From positions 77,254,001 to 77,314,000 of the forward strand of contig NC_087437.1 of NCBI RefSeq assembly GCF_036321535.1: a stretch of DNA of 60,000 nt, in the 5' to 3' direction. The notes below the pieces were generated by a model. It saw only the letters and a program-made list of their open reading frames with translations. It searched no databases and was not told the origin of the DNA. A program made the position numbers and the translations under genes. Below are positions 1-13,919 of this stretch, piece by piece (position 1 is the stretch's first letter; every line of letters starts with the position of its first letter). This DNA is from Camelus dromedarius. Lineage: Eukaryota.

Positions 1-589
1 CAACAAAGTTTGTTGCTGATACAGAGACTCAGGCCCCATTTGGGGATTTTTCATAGACTCTTGCAGAACAGGTAACAAGTATAGGTTTGATTAAGAAAGT
101 CTGCCTCTTTTTTTTTTTTTGCATCCATTTTACTGCTAGCACATCCCCTTCCACAGAAAATAACTGAGTAGAAATCAGACCTTGATACCCTCCTCATAGA
201 GTCTGGCTGCAATCAGTTGCAACTCTTAGGGGAAGTAATATTGCTGTCAGTTTGGGTTCATTCCTTTCTTAGACTATCTAAGAGATATATTTCAGTACTT
301 TGAAAACATACAGGCAGTTTAAGGTCTTAATATTGTTCAAAGCAAATTATTAATAATAGCAAAACAACAGTAAAATTCTTCATTTTGATAATTGTTTACA
401 GTAACTAAACAATGAAAACTTTATTGTTTTCTGATGAGAATGTTGCAAAGTTTGAGAATCCATTTTTTTTTCCTGGATCTAAACACAAGGTGATAGGCTA
501 AGGTCCTTCTAGTACATACTTTTCTTTGTTATCTTTCAAAACACTAATTATTTAACACATTAATTTTTTTCTCATGTGATAACATAGGC

Positions 590-1129
590 TGTGTCCATTA
601 TCTGTTGCTGTGTCAAAAAATTATAATTTAATAGCTTAAGACAAGAATAAACGTTTCTTCTCTGATAGTTTTTCTGGGTCAGGACTTTGGGAGCAACATA
701 GATGGGAGATTCTATTTTGAGGTCGCTCTTAAGAGGTTGCAGCCAAGGTGTTGGCTGGGACTGTAGTCATCTGTACATTTAACTAGGCAAGGAAGGCTTC
801 AAGCCAAGATACCCGACTCTCATAGCTGGCAAGTCGGTGCTGGCTGTCTGCAGGAAGACTTAGTTCTTCACTACGTGGACCTCTCCGCTGGATGCCTTGA
901 GTATCCTCCTTAGGTAGTTGTTGCCCTTACACTGAACAAATGGCCCAAGAGAGAATAAGGCAGAAATCACAATGTATTTCATGACCTAAGCTTGGAAGTC
1001 ACACACTTTCGCTCTGCCATACTCCATCGTTCACAGAAACAGACTGACAAAATGTGGGAAGGACTATCTAGGGCATGAATGCTAGGAGGCAGGAATCATT
1101 GGGAACTATCCTGGAGGCTGGTTGCCACG
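590..1129 (-). mobile_element. ERVL-MaLR solo LTR (MLT1F/G-like)
   Basis: Matches the recalled reverse-strand MLT1F consensus throughout: TGTGTCCATTATCTGTTGCTG..., GGGTCAGGACTTTGGGAGC, GCTGGCAAGTCGGTGCTGGCTGT, GGAAGTCACAC, ending CTGGAGGCTGGTTGCCAC. Confidence 0.8.
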
Positions 1130-1306
1130 TAGCAACAAGCTGGAACAATGACTAGGATGGAGTAGATGTGCAAAAAAACATTAGTGGATAATTTTTTTGA
1201 TAAAGTGAGAAAATGAGAAGCAGAAATTGGAATGTCCAAAAGGGCTGAAGATACTTGAATGAGCACCAGCTTGTCTCCATGTTCTGTAAACAAAGAAGAA
1301 AATTTT

Positions 1307-1475
1307 TTTTTTTTTGAGAAATGTTTTCTCCTTTTTATTTTTTATTTTTTAATTTTTTTATTTTTCTTTAACATTTTTCTACCAAGTTACAGGCATTCTG
1401 CAATGTTGTGTCAAATTCCAGTGTAGAGCACAATTTTTCAATTATACATGAAGATACATATATTCATTGTCACAC
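1307..1475 (-). mobile_element. Short 5'-truncated L1 3' end (lineage-specific) with poly(T) tail and TSD
   Basis: T-rich tail followed by L1 3'UTR-type CAATGTTGTGTCAAATTCCAGTGTAGAGCACAA. Flanked by GAAAATTTT at 1298-1306 and 1476-1484. Confidence 0.75.
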
Positions 1476-2574
1476 GAAAATTTTCCAAATTACTCACATA
1501 GGACATTATTTTACTTTTTCTTTGTAATAAATATTTTTTAAATGAACAGTTGTGAATGAAATAATAATTTAAATAAATCTCTTAAGATTTTCAAATATTA
1601 TAACTTTTTAGTTCTCTCATCTAAAAATGTTTGACAAAATATAAGCAGGGACTGCTGAAATTAAAATAGTTTTAAAATGGCTATCATAAATACTTTTGAA
1701 AATTATCTACAAATCAGGTTCTGCATTGCTTAGTACCTTTCTATAAGGAGTACAGTGAAAATAATGTACATAAAATTAGCAGTCCTGATTCTCCCACTGT
1801 AGTATATATACAGCTCCCTAATTTCATTTTTCTAAGTAAACAATAAAAATGAATAGTATTTTTTAAATCTTAAATGTGACTAAACCTTTTAAATCAAAGA
1901 TACATGTCTTTTTCACTTAAAAACTCCCTTCCCAAAAGATCAATGGCCTTCTCTGCTAGAAGAGAGGAAATGGTTTTTGAAACCAACTCTTTGCTTCATT
2001 ATTTCCTTTTCAGATTCTTTTATCCTTGAAATTAAGAAAGGTAAAAGTTCTCATTAGAATTCATTGGTTCAAAGAAGACATTAATTTGAAAATTTTTGAA
2101 AATTTTCAAAGAAGTAAAATGTTCTGAAGTCACTAAGGGCCAGCTTTGTTCTTTTGAAAATTAAGCAAAATTACTTCATTTGGAGGATTATTTCACAACT
2201 TGGTAAATTCACTCCAGAAAAATTGTCTTGGTGTTAAGCCTAGTTCGCGGTTTTTTTTTTTTTTTTCCCCATTTGTATTGGATTTACTTACAGTAGCTCT
2301 CTTTTATTTTGTGAGGCACCCTATAGGGAATGGGAATGCTGTGAAAATTAAACACTATTTGAAAAAATTCAACATGGAAATAAAAACCATTATACCAGAA
2401 ATTATTTTTAGTCATTGTTATTTTCCTTTGTCTCAATGGTGGTGGTCAACTTCAGCATAAATATTCATATTTACTATGAATTTGGTGCTAAGAAATCTCT
2501 AATATTGCAAGGATTTTGTGTTTATATATGTGGATTAATAGTGTTCTACTGTTCTATTTCATGTTATACTGTTT

Positions 2575-2630
2575 TTGGTTTTCTTCCTTCCTTTCTTTCT
2601 TTCTTTCCTTCCTTCCTTCTTTTTTCCTGT
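2575..2630. repeat. (CTTT)n/(CCTT)n pyrimidine microsatellite
   Basis: TTCCTTCCTTTCTTTCTTTCTTTCCTTCCTTCC seen directly. Confidence 0.85.
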
Positions 2631-2974
2631 TCTCCTCTGTGTTTTGTCTGTGTTCTGAGATAATCATTGAGGAACTATACTCTATTCCTCTGCTCTTTTT
2701 TGTTCTTTTGGTCTCTTCTCGTAAATCATTCTCTCCAGCCTCCAGAGGCTCTTGTTTCTCTTCTGAGTTCACTCCAGATTTGTTTCTTTCTTTCTTTTAA
2801 AATTGTTTTGTTTTAAATAAGAGGTGGCCAGCCTTGAATGTACTGTTTCAGAGCTTCATTGAGAAGGAAACGTATGTTTTTGGCCTCTTACCTGATAGAC
2901 ATAGAAACAAATACATAAATGTAGATATTGATATTCAGGTCTAAACATAGATAGATACAGACATCCAAAAGAGA

Positions 2975-3100
2975 AGCAGTATATAATATAGTAGAAAGAG
3001 CACAGGACTACAAACTAGGGAACATGGTTCTAGGTCTAGCTGTTATACTGGCTTGCTATGTATAATTGAGGAAATCAGCTAATTACTCCAATTTCCCCTT
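2975..3100 (+). mobile_element. MIR fragment
   Basis: GTAGAAAGAGCACAGGACT...GGTTCTAGGTCTAGCTG...CTTGCTATGTATAATTGAGGAAATC resembles the MIR head/core. Confidence 0.55.
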
Positions 3101-4775
3101 TCTTCTTTTATTTATTCAAAAAGCACACATTTATGTATACATGTCATGTATACACATCTATACATGCATACATATCAGTATAAGATAAGCTAGGTCTCTG
3201 ATCTCTTGGAACTTAAATTCTACGAGGACTGACACTAATAAACGAGCAAAAATTTTAGAATCCTTAGATTTGAAAATTGATTTTAATGAACAAACATGGT
3301 AATTTGAGAAAATGACAGGGTTAACGAAGGGGATTGTATTTATTGTAAGGATATAAAGTGGTAACCAGAGTGTTAGAAATATGGCTGATTCTCAAAGAGG
3401 CTAGAAATAAGTAAAATAAGTACTAGTCCCTCTATAGATTTGCAACAGTAGAATTCTTGTACATTATGACTTGAGAAAGAAGCTTTTATAATAAATTACC
3501 TAAGAAAATAATGTTTGTAATAGCCCAAGGATACATTTTCTTCCTTCCCTTTTCCCTTTCTGAAGGACTAGATAATTCTATTATTGCTCAAAGAGCAGAG
3601 CTCTACCTTCTAACCCATGCTCTTCCCAAACATAGCAAATGGCTCTGTTCTTCCCCTCACTACTTCACCACAATCGAGTTAATATAATATGTCAGAATTC
3701 CAATGAGTTAGCATGGATTGAGTACCTGTTAAGTGCTTGGCATGGTCTATGTATAAAAAGAATCTGCAGGATGGAAGATGACTGAGTCCTTTTTCTTAAA
3801 GAGACCTAGTAAGACATAAGCATAGTGGGACAAAGAGAAAAGGGATACCAGCCTTTCAGTATTTTGATTACAGAATTTCCTAGAACACTCCAAGAAATGT
3901 AATAAATTTATCCTTCTTGAGGGTTAAATGTTTTTCAAATTCCCTCTAGGTTTTTAGTCAGTCTCCACTGAAATAATATTTGCTTATCGTTAGCGAGTCC
4001 AGAAGGAGCTATTGTCAATGCAGTTTTTTCCCTGGGGCCATGTTTATTGTTACATCTTATCATGTCCTCCCAAAAAATAAAAACAGAAAATGCCTGCTTA
4101 CTGGCAGTCATGACAAATGAAATTCATCATTTCTTGCCAGTAATCATGAAATTCTTTACACATATGATTTCTCTAAAGTAATGTCTTTTTTTGGCTATTG
4201 TGTTCAAATCTCTTTAAAATGTCCATCTATTTTTATTCTCGCAGAATTATTTTAGGGCTAGCAGATAGTGGGTTTTAGCATATTGATTTTAAGTATAAAT
4301 AAGCTGACAAAAGTTAATTGATTTGCCTAGGGCCACACACCATGTGTAGGTTAGGACTGAGATTAGAACCTTGTTTTTTAGCTTCCAGTTTAAAGCATTG
4401 TGTACTAGAACGAAGACCTCACACATACATAGTTTACAAGTAGTACATGGGCTGCAGAACTATCTCAAGCACTGGACAACTTTCTAGGAAATCCACCAAT
4501 ATAACTGCTTTCTGTTTTTTGCTGTAGCTCCTCAGAATAGAAATTCTCACAGGTACTTCTTTATCTGTAAAGTCTCAGATTTTGTTCTTTCCAAGAAAAT
4601 AGTGCCATATTTAGAAAGTCTAAAAGGGAAATGTACCTGTTAGACATATAGAATATTCTGGAATAAGAAGATCACTGCTCTTAATTAAAAATAATGATTT
4701 CAATAATGACCTTTGTTAGGAAGGATTCAAATGTGTATAGAATGTGATTTGGATAATAAAGCCTCAAGATTATTC

Positions 4776-5408
4776 TGGGTCCCAGTTCAGTCTGGAGGCC
4801 TAACCCTTTACCCCTAAACAAGAAATTCGGCCAGTGCTAAACTGGGGTTCGTGCTGTAACAAGTACCCTTGCTCTCTCCCAGGGGGTGGGGGCGAGCTGG
4901 TCCCTTAAAGGGGTGAGGGTAGGGGCGGATCCATGGGCCAGGCTGGAGGGGTGGCATCGGTGGTCTGCCCACCCCCTTGGTAGTGCTGTGTGCAGGGGTC
5001 ATGCTTAGTACCCTGCTTTTGTTTTCGGGTTTTTGGTTTGTTGGTTGGTTGGGTTTTTTTTGAGGGGAGGAGGTAACTAGGTTTGTTTGTTTGTTTTGTT
5101 CATTTATTTATTTATTTTTAATGGAGGTCGTGGGGATTGAACCCAGGACCTTGTGCATGCTAAGCACACACTCTACCACTGAGCTGTAACTTACCCCCCA
5201 GTACCTTGCTTTTGTTCCCAACACCTCAGAAGTGGCAGTTTGGTTTCAGTCTTTTTGTATCTTGTTGTTCATAATTTGCCTCAACTGCATACACACTGTT
5301 ATTTTTAGTCCCTTATAGTTTCTTTGTATTCTATTGTTGGAGGAGACATTTGTCCAGGTGTAAGCACTGCAGCAAAGAGTCCCGGCTCCCAGGTCCCAGC
5401 CTGTCTAA
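4776..5408 (-). mobile_element. ERV solo LTR-like element, interrupted by a SINE
   Basis: GC-rich block whose right end reads on - as ...AGACAGGCTGGGACCTGGGAGCCGGGACTCTTTGCTGCAGTG, a start I recall for laurasiatherian ERV LTRs. Left boundary uncertain. Confidence 0.55.
5024..5199 (-). mobile_element. tRNA-derived SINE (camelid Vic-1-like) with 17-bp TSD
   Basis: On -: AGCTCAGTGGTAGAGTGTGTGCTTAGCATGCACAAGGTCCTGGGTTCAATCCCC (A and B boxes) followed by an A-rich tail. TSD AGTACC(C/T)TGCTTTTGTT at 5007-5023 and 5200-5216. Confidence 0.9.
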
Positions 5409-6049
5409 TAAACTGAGCCAAAATCTCAGAGGAGCCACAGGATAAATCTTTCTTCAAGTTTTTCAGGGGGGATACCCCTGTCCTGATCAGATCTCTCAGA
5501 CTTACCCTCCATGTTAAAGACCTCAACATAATTCTAAATGCAAGCCTAGGGAAACCAGCTTGAATGGTTTCTGTAGGTAAGTGAGCACAGTCACTTTCAG
5601 CCACAGTCCAGTTTTCCTAGGGAACCAGTTGTGGTTCATATGAGTGCCGTGTAGTTTGAAGATGCCCAGGTTAGCAGTATACCTTCTGGAAACTTGGTAA
5701 GATGTCTCTTAGTTTTAATATCTTCAAAATGAGGACATTGAACTAAATAAATCCTAAAATCTACTTGAGCTCAAAATTCTAAATTCTTAAATCCCTCCAG
5801 AACAGCATCTATAATGACAAAATATTAGAGGTACAAAGGGTCTTGGAGACTGTCTGGTCCAGTATTTTTCAAATTAGAATCCAAAGAAATCCCTCAAGTC
5901 ACAGTGACTGGAGAACTGAAAGATTTAAAAAGCTGCATTTTATACCTCCCAACCCATGGAATCCTTCCAATGGTGAAAATCCTGATTTGGCCAGTTGTAT
6001 ATTGTATAACTCTACTTCCTTCCCTGAAAATATGAAGTTTTGAAAAAAG

Positions 6050-6160
6050 TTATTTAGTCCAGCACCCTACTCGCAGATGAAAAAACTAAGTCCCAGAACA
6101 TCTAAGTAGCTTGCCTAAAATGACACAGCTACTTGATGGCAGAATATGAACAGTAGATCA
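6050..6160 (-). mobile_element. MIR core fragment
   Basis: CAGATGAAAAAACTAAGTCCCAGAAC...AAGTAGCTTGCCTAAAATGACACAGCTA resembles the reverse MIR core. Confidence 0.6.
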
Positions 6161-9100
6161 AAACTGACAACTTTTTGTTTTTCTCAGAATTGTGTTTAAA
6201 GCAGTTTTAACCTCATTGGGTTAGCTTGCTAAATGTACAAGCTATTGTTCCTTCTGAGTGTGTCCTTGTCTAGTGGTGGAAAATCTTGAGAAAAGGGTGA
6301 GAAAGAAATCTGTACATTTAAGAGTGTGTGCTAGCTATTGAGAGATGAAGTAAAGGATGTATTATTCTAAATTCTAAACATTAATTTAAAACATATTTCT
6401 CAACTGTTCCTTTCAATTTTCTGTATAATTAACAAGTGGTTAACATATACTACCAGAGTGGTTCAGAGTTCAGATACCTCCTTACTGCAAATGTATACTC
6501 TAGTGATAAAATTGGAAAAACAAAGTAAAATACAATAAACAAACAAAACCCTACATTAAGGTCATAAAATATACACCAACATTGGTTATTCCTTTCCTTC
6601 CATCTTAGGAGACCTTGTATCTGACTTTGAGGATGAGAAATTTCATACCCCAAAACTATACCCACATGTTTAAGGGTCAAGGGGAAAAACAAAACTTAAC
6701 TTTGATGTTTTGCCTGTGAGTTGGAAAAATATATAGTGATTTTCCTCACACAAAACTGTAACTTAACATTTTTAAAAAGACAAACATTTCTACTTTATTT
6801 AGAAAGTTTTGTTTCAAAATGTTCACATATAAGCACAGAAAGCAGGCTTTGAAATCTTCTGAGGCCTTTGTCATGTGAAACTATTTTATGCAAGTACCAG
6901 TTAGCCTCATTGTTCTTTTGTTTATAATTTTTCCCCATTTATAATTTGTAAGCAAATACTGGGACACCTGGAGTGTTTGTGTTTTTATTAGAGTTCTGAC
7001 TATATAAGAAAAAGTCTGAAAATTTGTAAAATGTCTCAAGAAAATATGTAAAATATGTCACTGGTTTAAGGACAAATTCAATTGTCATGCTAAAAAGTTA
7101 TTTTTTTATGTTGAAAAGTAATTATAAAATCATTTGAATTCACAAATTTTCTCACAGAAATTATTTTTAAACTTTTTTTTTTTTGATAAAGAATTTATGT
7201 TTATGATACCGAATGCTGCCAAATAACCTTTTGTTCTTGGGCTTAGCTTTGGCAAATTCCCTCAGTAGCACTCTTGTTCGCTACACAACTAGATAATGAA
7301 AAAATATATATTGAGGTTCATATGACACAGAAGAGGCTAGCCTGGAAAATGAACTTTTTGTCACTTGTTCAGCAGCTATTCCCCTGGGAGGGAAGCATCT
7401 GGCCTGACTGATTAAAGCTGCTTCACCTGTCTGGAGGCAGTTCATAATACAATTTCTAATCTAAATCCAGAAATTTCACCGCTGTGGGTAATCATAGACT
7501 CTCTCCGTGTAAAGAATCATTGTGCCTCTGCTTGAGAAGTGTCAGCTCTGAATTTTATAAAATCCCGCTGTTCACCTTAGGAGTGTCAGTAAGAGCCCCG
7601 TGTGCTCCAGGCACTGTGCTGGAGGATGGAACCTGTGCTGTGCACTGCAGAACTAGGACTCTACTGAGTGTGCTGAACCGGCCGTTTAAGAAAATATGTC
7701 ACTGTAAATCCAAATAAATGTGTTCCATTGAAGTCTCACATACACCAGCGAGCTCCTGCTCTTACATACGCTAAGTACATAAATGTTACGCTCCTCCTCT
7801 TGGTAACAGCTGTTGGGCTGAGAGTGGATAAACTTGTCCTAAACAAACTATTCGGGAGACTGGAGGCCCACCACAGCAGCAAATGTGCCCCCTTTAGAGC
7901 CAATCTGGCTGCAGCAGGCACTTCCCAAGAATTCCTGGCTGTATCTGACGAGAATAAGAAGAGAAAAAAATTTCCAAGAAGCTATGAATAATTTTCTTAA
8001 CATTTTAAGCTGATGAATACTTAAAGAACAACAACAAAAAAAATCTACCTTGGGGCAGACTGAAAAATGAGAAGGACAAGAGCCTGATATTTCCTGGAAA
8101 TTTTGTCAGTGAAAAAGCAAACCATAAAAAGCAAAACCAAAATAGTTATCAATCTCTCACTTTTGTGAAAATTGCCATCAGAATTTAATAGAAGATTTTA
8201 AGCAAGAAGTTTCGATTCAAATGTTTGTTAAAAAGTATCTCTAAAGAGAAACTGCCCTGTTAAATCAGAATGCTAAACATGACCTTTAAATTTTCTTAAT
8301 GCAAAATTCTGCCTGAGTCATCAATGTCTAGGAAGCAAGTGAAAGACATTCCTCTGTCTTGAATTTTTAAATGCTTTTTTTCCTGGTTCCTGTGTTAGTA
8401 TAAGCATTTGGATTTAAATCTCAGAGTTGGCTTCAATTTTCTGTTAAAGGGGAACAAGAGTATTTCTGAATTTGGAGGAAAAAAATTTCCCACTTAAAGG
8501 GAAATGAAAAGTTCTGGGCAGTTCTGTCTCATGTGTCCTTATTATGTCAGTCCTAATCCATCACATTGTATGGACTCATCAAATTCTCAACTTTTTCAAA
8601 AAATATCCTGAAAAGCGTTGATATTAAGAAAAAAGAAAATGTAAAATGAAGATACTCAAAATTCCTTAGAAAATCTTCTGCCATCTTAGCCAAGATCCTT
8701 AATCCTTGTAAAAAAGTTTCCTATCTGACAATTTTTTTTTATTCTTATTATGTAGAGGGCACAAAACATTCCTTTTTAGTGTGTCTCCACATGCTTTCAC
8801 AAGAATTTACTACACTGTAGGGCAGTGTGTGCTGTGGTATCAGTGAATTGCAGTAGATGATGCTTGTTAGAATAGAGACCAGTTAATAAATTCCCTTTTC
8901 TGCCATGTGACTTAAGAAGTTGAAAGAAATTAAAGTTGAAGACAGATAATACTGAACTACCAAGTGAAAAGGTAAACAAAAAATTAGAAAAGAGACCTAA
9001 TTGTAGAAATAAAATAATATTGCAGTTCAGCAAATGGGATGAAATAATTTCCCATAACCTCTTCGCCATCTTAATCAATCAACTATAATTCTTTGTGTAA

Positions 9101-9380
9101 ACATATTTGTGCATGTTTTATATGCATATTTTCTAAATTTATAATCACAGCACATGTGTGTGTATATATACATGTGTTTGAATTATTTATTTTCATTTCA
9201 TGGGATTGATAAATGTGCCATGATCTATTTCATTCTTATAAGGAGGCTTATCAGTAGGGTTATTGTGCCTGTGTTTTATTTGCACATTTCTTAATACTTA
9301 TTGCCAAATTACTTTCCAAAGGTTGTGTTCCTCTGTTGCTGATAAAGTAAGAGAGTACTAATTTAGTTGATAATCAAAAA

Positions 9381-10260
9381 TTTTTTTTGAAGTATAGCTG
9401 ATTTAGTTTCCTGTGTACAGTGTAGTGATTGAGTTATACATATATATTCTTTTTCATATTCTTTTTCTTCATAGGTTATTACAAGATACTGAGTATAGTT
9501 TCCTGTGCTATACAGTAGGACCTTGTTGTTTTATCTATTTTATATATAGTAGTTTGTATCTGCTAATCCCACACTGCTTATTTATCCCTCCCCACCCCTC
9601 GGTGACCATAAGTTTGATTTTTATGTCTGTGAATCTCTTTCTGATTTGTAAATAAGTTCATTTGTATCATTTTTTGTTAGATTTCACATGTAAGTAATAT
9701 CATGTGGTATTTTTCTGAATTATGTAACTTAGTATAATCTCTAGGTCCATCTATGTTGCTACAAGTGGCTTTATTTCATTTTCTTTACAGCTGAGAAGTA
9801 TTCCATTGTTTGTGTGTGTGTGTGTATATCACAACTTCTTTATCCAGCCATCTGTCGATGGACACTTAGGTTGTTTCCATGTCTTCGCTATTGTAAATAG
9901 TGCTGCTGTGAACATTAGGGGCATGTATCTTTTCCAATTAGAGTTTTTTCTGTATGTATGCCCAGGAGTGGGATTGCTGGATGTTATGGTAACTTTATTT
10001 TTAATTTTTTAAGGAATCTCCATACTATTTCCCATAGTGACTGCACCAAATTACATTCCCACCAAGAGTGTAGGAGGGTTCCCTTTGCTCCATACCCTCT
10101 CCAACATTTGTCTTTTGTGGACTTTTTAATGATGACCATTCTGACTGGTGTGAGGTGATACCTCATTGCAGTTTTGATTTGCATTTCTCTGATAATTAGT
10201 GATACTGAGCACTTTTTCATGTGCCTATCAGCCATTGGTATGTCTTCTTTGGAGAAATGT
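9381..10260 (-). mobile_element. 5'-truncated L1 (ORF2 C-terminus plus 3'UTR)
   Basis: ORF 9984-10235(-) encodes L1 ORF2 C-terminal motifs ([31 protein letters not shown]...GTLLH.WWEC.LVQ.LW). T-tail at 9381. Imperfect TSD TCAAA(A/G)A.TTTTTTTGA at about 9374 and 10260. Confidence 0.92.
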
Positions 10261-10407
10261 CAAAGACTTTTTTTGATCTTACAGGTAACCAAACAATACA
10301 ATGAATGTGATTCCATTACCCTGGTTATTCACACTTAGGAATGAGTAAGACTCTGTGTTTTGAAACTCTCAGCCTATCGTGTTTTTAGGCATTCTGAGGA
10401 TAGTTTT

Positions 10408-11360
10408 ACTCATTCATGCATTCATTTATACATTCATCTACTAATTTAAAAGTCATTTATTGAGACCTACAAAAAGCTATGATGCCAGATATAGTAATGA
10501 AAATGGAATACTGAATATATAGTAGAGATAAAGAGAGATACAGAATTTAGGAAATCGGGGACTAAATTCTTAGTGCAGACTCTAGTGAGGGAGACAGAAA
10601 TTAAACAAATTATTCCAGTTAATTATTTCAATATAATTATTATATAAGGAATGATGCTAACTACTTAGCTATACTGAAAAAATAAAACCTTAAATTGGTG
10701 TGGATGGACAGTGAAGTTTCTCTGAGAAAGTTATCTTTAAAATTAACTATAAAGAAAGAGGAGGAATTTGTCATGTTAAGGGCAAACAGGTAGAAGCAGA
10801 GGGTTAAACATGAGTCATTCGTGTAATGCAAGAAGAACCTGGAGATTTGAACAATCAAAAATTGATCCCTAAGGATGAAACACTAGTGAGAAAGTGGGAG
10901 ATTCTGGATATGAGGGCTGCAAGGTAAACTAGGAAGAGGTCACTCAGGGCTTTAGAACCACAATAAGGACTGTTAGTTTTATAGTAAATCCAATAGAACT
11001 GTCATCTAAGAGCCGGGGGAAATACAGAAGAGTTTTAAGTGACAGACTAATCAGATTAGATTTGTCTTTTTAAGAAAGTTTTCTACTTTTGGGGAATAGA
11101 CTAGAAGCAGAAAAAAAGTGAAGTTATACCATTAGGAGGTTCTTGAAGAAATCAGGATAAGAAATCTTGGTAGCTTAGATTAAGGAAGCAGCAGCAGATA
11201 AAAAGGAAAAATTGACAGATTCAGGGTCTATACTGGAAGATCCTTAACAGGCTTTGGTGATTGGGTAAATATGGAGAAGAAAGGGGTTACAAAGCTGGCA
11301 CCCAGGTGTCTGGCAGGAGCAAGCAGCTAACGCTGGTGCCATTTCCCAGGTGGGAATCAG
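10408..11360 (-). mobile_element. L2 fragments
   Basis: CATTCATGCATTCATT (L2 3' tail repeat), CATTTATTGAG, then a purine-rich body with GAGTTTTAAG..AGATTTGTCTTTT typical of reverse L2. Confidence 0.6.
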
Positions 11361-11536
11361 ACAGAACGCTATTCGACCATTTAATTAGAGTAGATATGTT
11401 ACAGCTGAGTAGATTCTCCCCAGAACATACTGAGAAGAAGGAATCAAAGGGGTAGAAGTGAAACAAATAAAGATTGATTTCCAGAATCAAAAGGAAGAAA
11501 CTCATGGCCTTGAGGGAGGGCACTGACCTACTCCAA

Positions 11537-12019
11537 ACATTACCGAGCCAGGTCCATTTGATGCACAGCAGGCCAAACCCTGAGATGCCAAGGTTTACAG
11601 CCAAAAAGGAGTTCATTCACAATGCAGCCAAGAAAGAACAAGACTCAGATCTTCCTCCTGGAAGGCAAGGGGGTTAGGATATTTATGGGGTAAGCAGGGT
11701 GTCTTAGGCGCAGGGAAAGTGATTGGAAGGAGGGAAAAAGGTGAGGTAATTTGTGTTCTGCGCAGGTACATCTTGGTTACGTTTCTGCACGTTGGAAACG
11801 GAGGCACTTGGCGTAATCTGAGGGTGAAGTCTTCCGCACCTCTGATGTCAACCGGCTTATTCCTTGGTCCCAACCAGCCTTAGCCATCGGTTCTGAGCTG
11901 GAGCTGACTCCATGTTCCTGTGAAACAACTGGGTTGCATGAAGCTGGGAAGGTATGTACTTAAAGAGAGGGAAAAAGAAAGCAAAAAAAGCAAACTTTAA
12001 TCGGTGAGGGCAGTTTACA
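11537..12019 (-). mobile_element. ERV1-type solo LTR
   Basis: CpG-retaining block from TTACCGAGCCAGG to GAGGGCAGTTTACA (reads TGTAAAC on -), with LTR-like composition. Family not assigned. Confidence 0.5.
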
Positions 12020-13919
12020 AGCAAAGTGGTTTTAACAAACTGTTCCCTTATCTGTTGTTCTTTAAGGCAAGTTTAATAATTTCAGTTTGTTATGAGCTTC
12101 TGATAACCCTATGGGACACAGTTTCACAAATAATATTTTTAAGTATCTTGTTTATCATATTGCAAGATCAAGGGAATATGACACCTGTAAATTTCAATTA
12201 GTGAAGAAAGTAGAAAAGTGGAATATCAGGCAATGCCAAGAGCTATTTATAAGACTTCCTCAGGTACTCTGTAAGACAAAGGCTTTGTATTCTCAGGCAT
12301 ATTTATATATGCAATGTGTATGAAATATAATGCGTTTGCCCATTTCCAGATAGGTAAAATGAAAGTATAAAGTCTGACTTAAGTCCACTACTCAATGGCT
12401 CAATTTTTATATTTATCTTACTGACATTTCATACTGACATTACTCAAAACACCATTTCCAGCGTGAATACTATCTGTTTACCTAAGTATATAAAAATCTC
12501 AGGTTCAAACTACATTCAGTAGTCATTTGTTTAACATAGTAATCAGTTATTTAGATTTAACCCCAAGTCAACATTTAAGGTACGCCTTTGATTCCCATAG
12601 AATAGTCTGTCTGACTTCCTGGACTCACCCAGGAGGCCAGACACTGCTTTTTTTCCTGTGAATGTCCTTTTTTGGGATGGATTGTAACTAGCAAGCCAGT
12701 GTTCTCACCTATACAAATCCTCCTTAACCTAACTCTCTTTCCAGGGGCTCCTTTTGGCCTAAACAAATTCCTTTCAGTAGCTCATTTTCAAGGATTTTCT
12801 GGCTCAACTGCTTCTGAGCAACCAATGTTTGTCTTTCAAGATACCCCAGCAGCCCTTCCATATTTATCAACTCCATCTGTTTTCTATTCCAGTTCTTCTA
12901 AGCTCCTTTTTACTTGTCAACCCTAATCACTCCCCTGCCACTGTCCCCTCCCTAGTCTTAGTTTATCTGGGCTTCCCAACAGACAACTGCCATGTAAGTC
13001 TTTTGGCAGGATTGTTCCTTTCTCTATGAAATGGTCACAGCAGTATTTATAAGCATGATGGATGATTTTTATTTTTTATATGAAGTGAAAAAATGGACAA
13101 CACAATCCAAAACATCTATCTAAATATAGTACTTTTCACCATAGTGGGCAACTGAATTTCCTAAGATCACAGCCAACACAAATTACAGATATTTTACTTG
13201 TACTTTGGCTTTTTGCTTTCTAATTACAGATTATGAAAGTACGGAAATCATTTTTATATCTCATCAGCCTCTTCTTAGAGAAAATGACAGATGCAGGGTA
13301 TATTCAGAATTGAAATGTAAATGTTAAGACATTATGTCACGGTTAAAACTATTTACCAGATGAGTAAAAATAACACATTTTTATGTGGTGAACCACTTAA
13401 CTGGAACTGTATAATTCTACATTATTTGCTCTTTTTTTCCTTTTTTAAAAGAAGCCAAACATCTCTAGAACAAACATTTTCCCTCTGTCGATTGGATTTA
13501 GAGTGCCAACAAAGTTTCATTTCTTTTCTTTAAAGCATATTTATTTTTAAACCTTTCAGTCCACTATTGCAAACAGATGTGCTCTTTTTTTTTCTTCACA
13601 TGGAAGAAAATAAATAACCAAGGTTGCAATTCTCTTTAAATACTTTAAAAAAAAAAAAAGGGAAAACAAAAGTAGTTTTATTTCAGAATTCTGCTCTGTG
13701 CCAAACATCCAATCTGTAAAACATTTTACCCTGTTGGTTTGGGGATGGGGAAAGACATCTGTGTGTGAGGCATCAATCTGTTCTTGTGAAACACAATTCC
13801 AGTTCACAGAGCTTTGATCTGCTGAGTGATAAACACAATTTTCTGAGGCTTCTTTTTAAAAGGCAGAAATATTGACAGTCTAAATCCTAACACCTCAAGA
13901 CAAACTTTTATCCAAATAA

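Noticed and set aside
2200..2800. Cluster of overlapping Phe/Ser/Leu-rich ORFs
   Set aside because: Produced by T-rich low complexity and the (CTTT)n microsatellite.
13566..13578. 13-mer ATTGCAAACAGAT repeated at 56128-56140
   Set aside because: Repeated 13-mers are expected by chance in an AT-rich 60-kb window.
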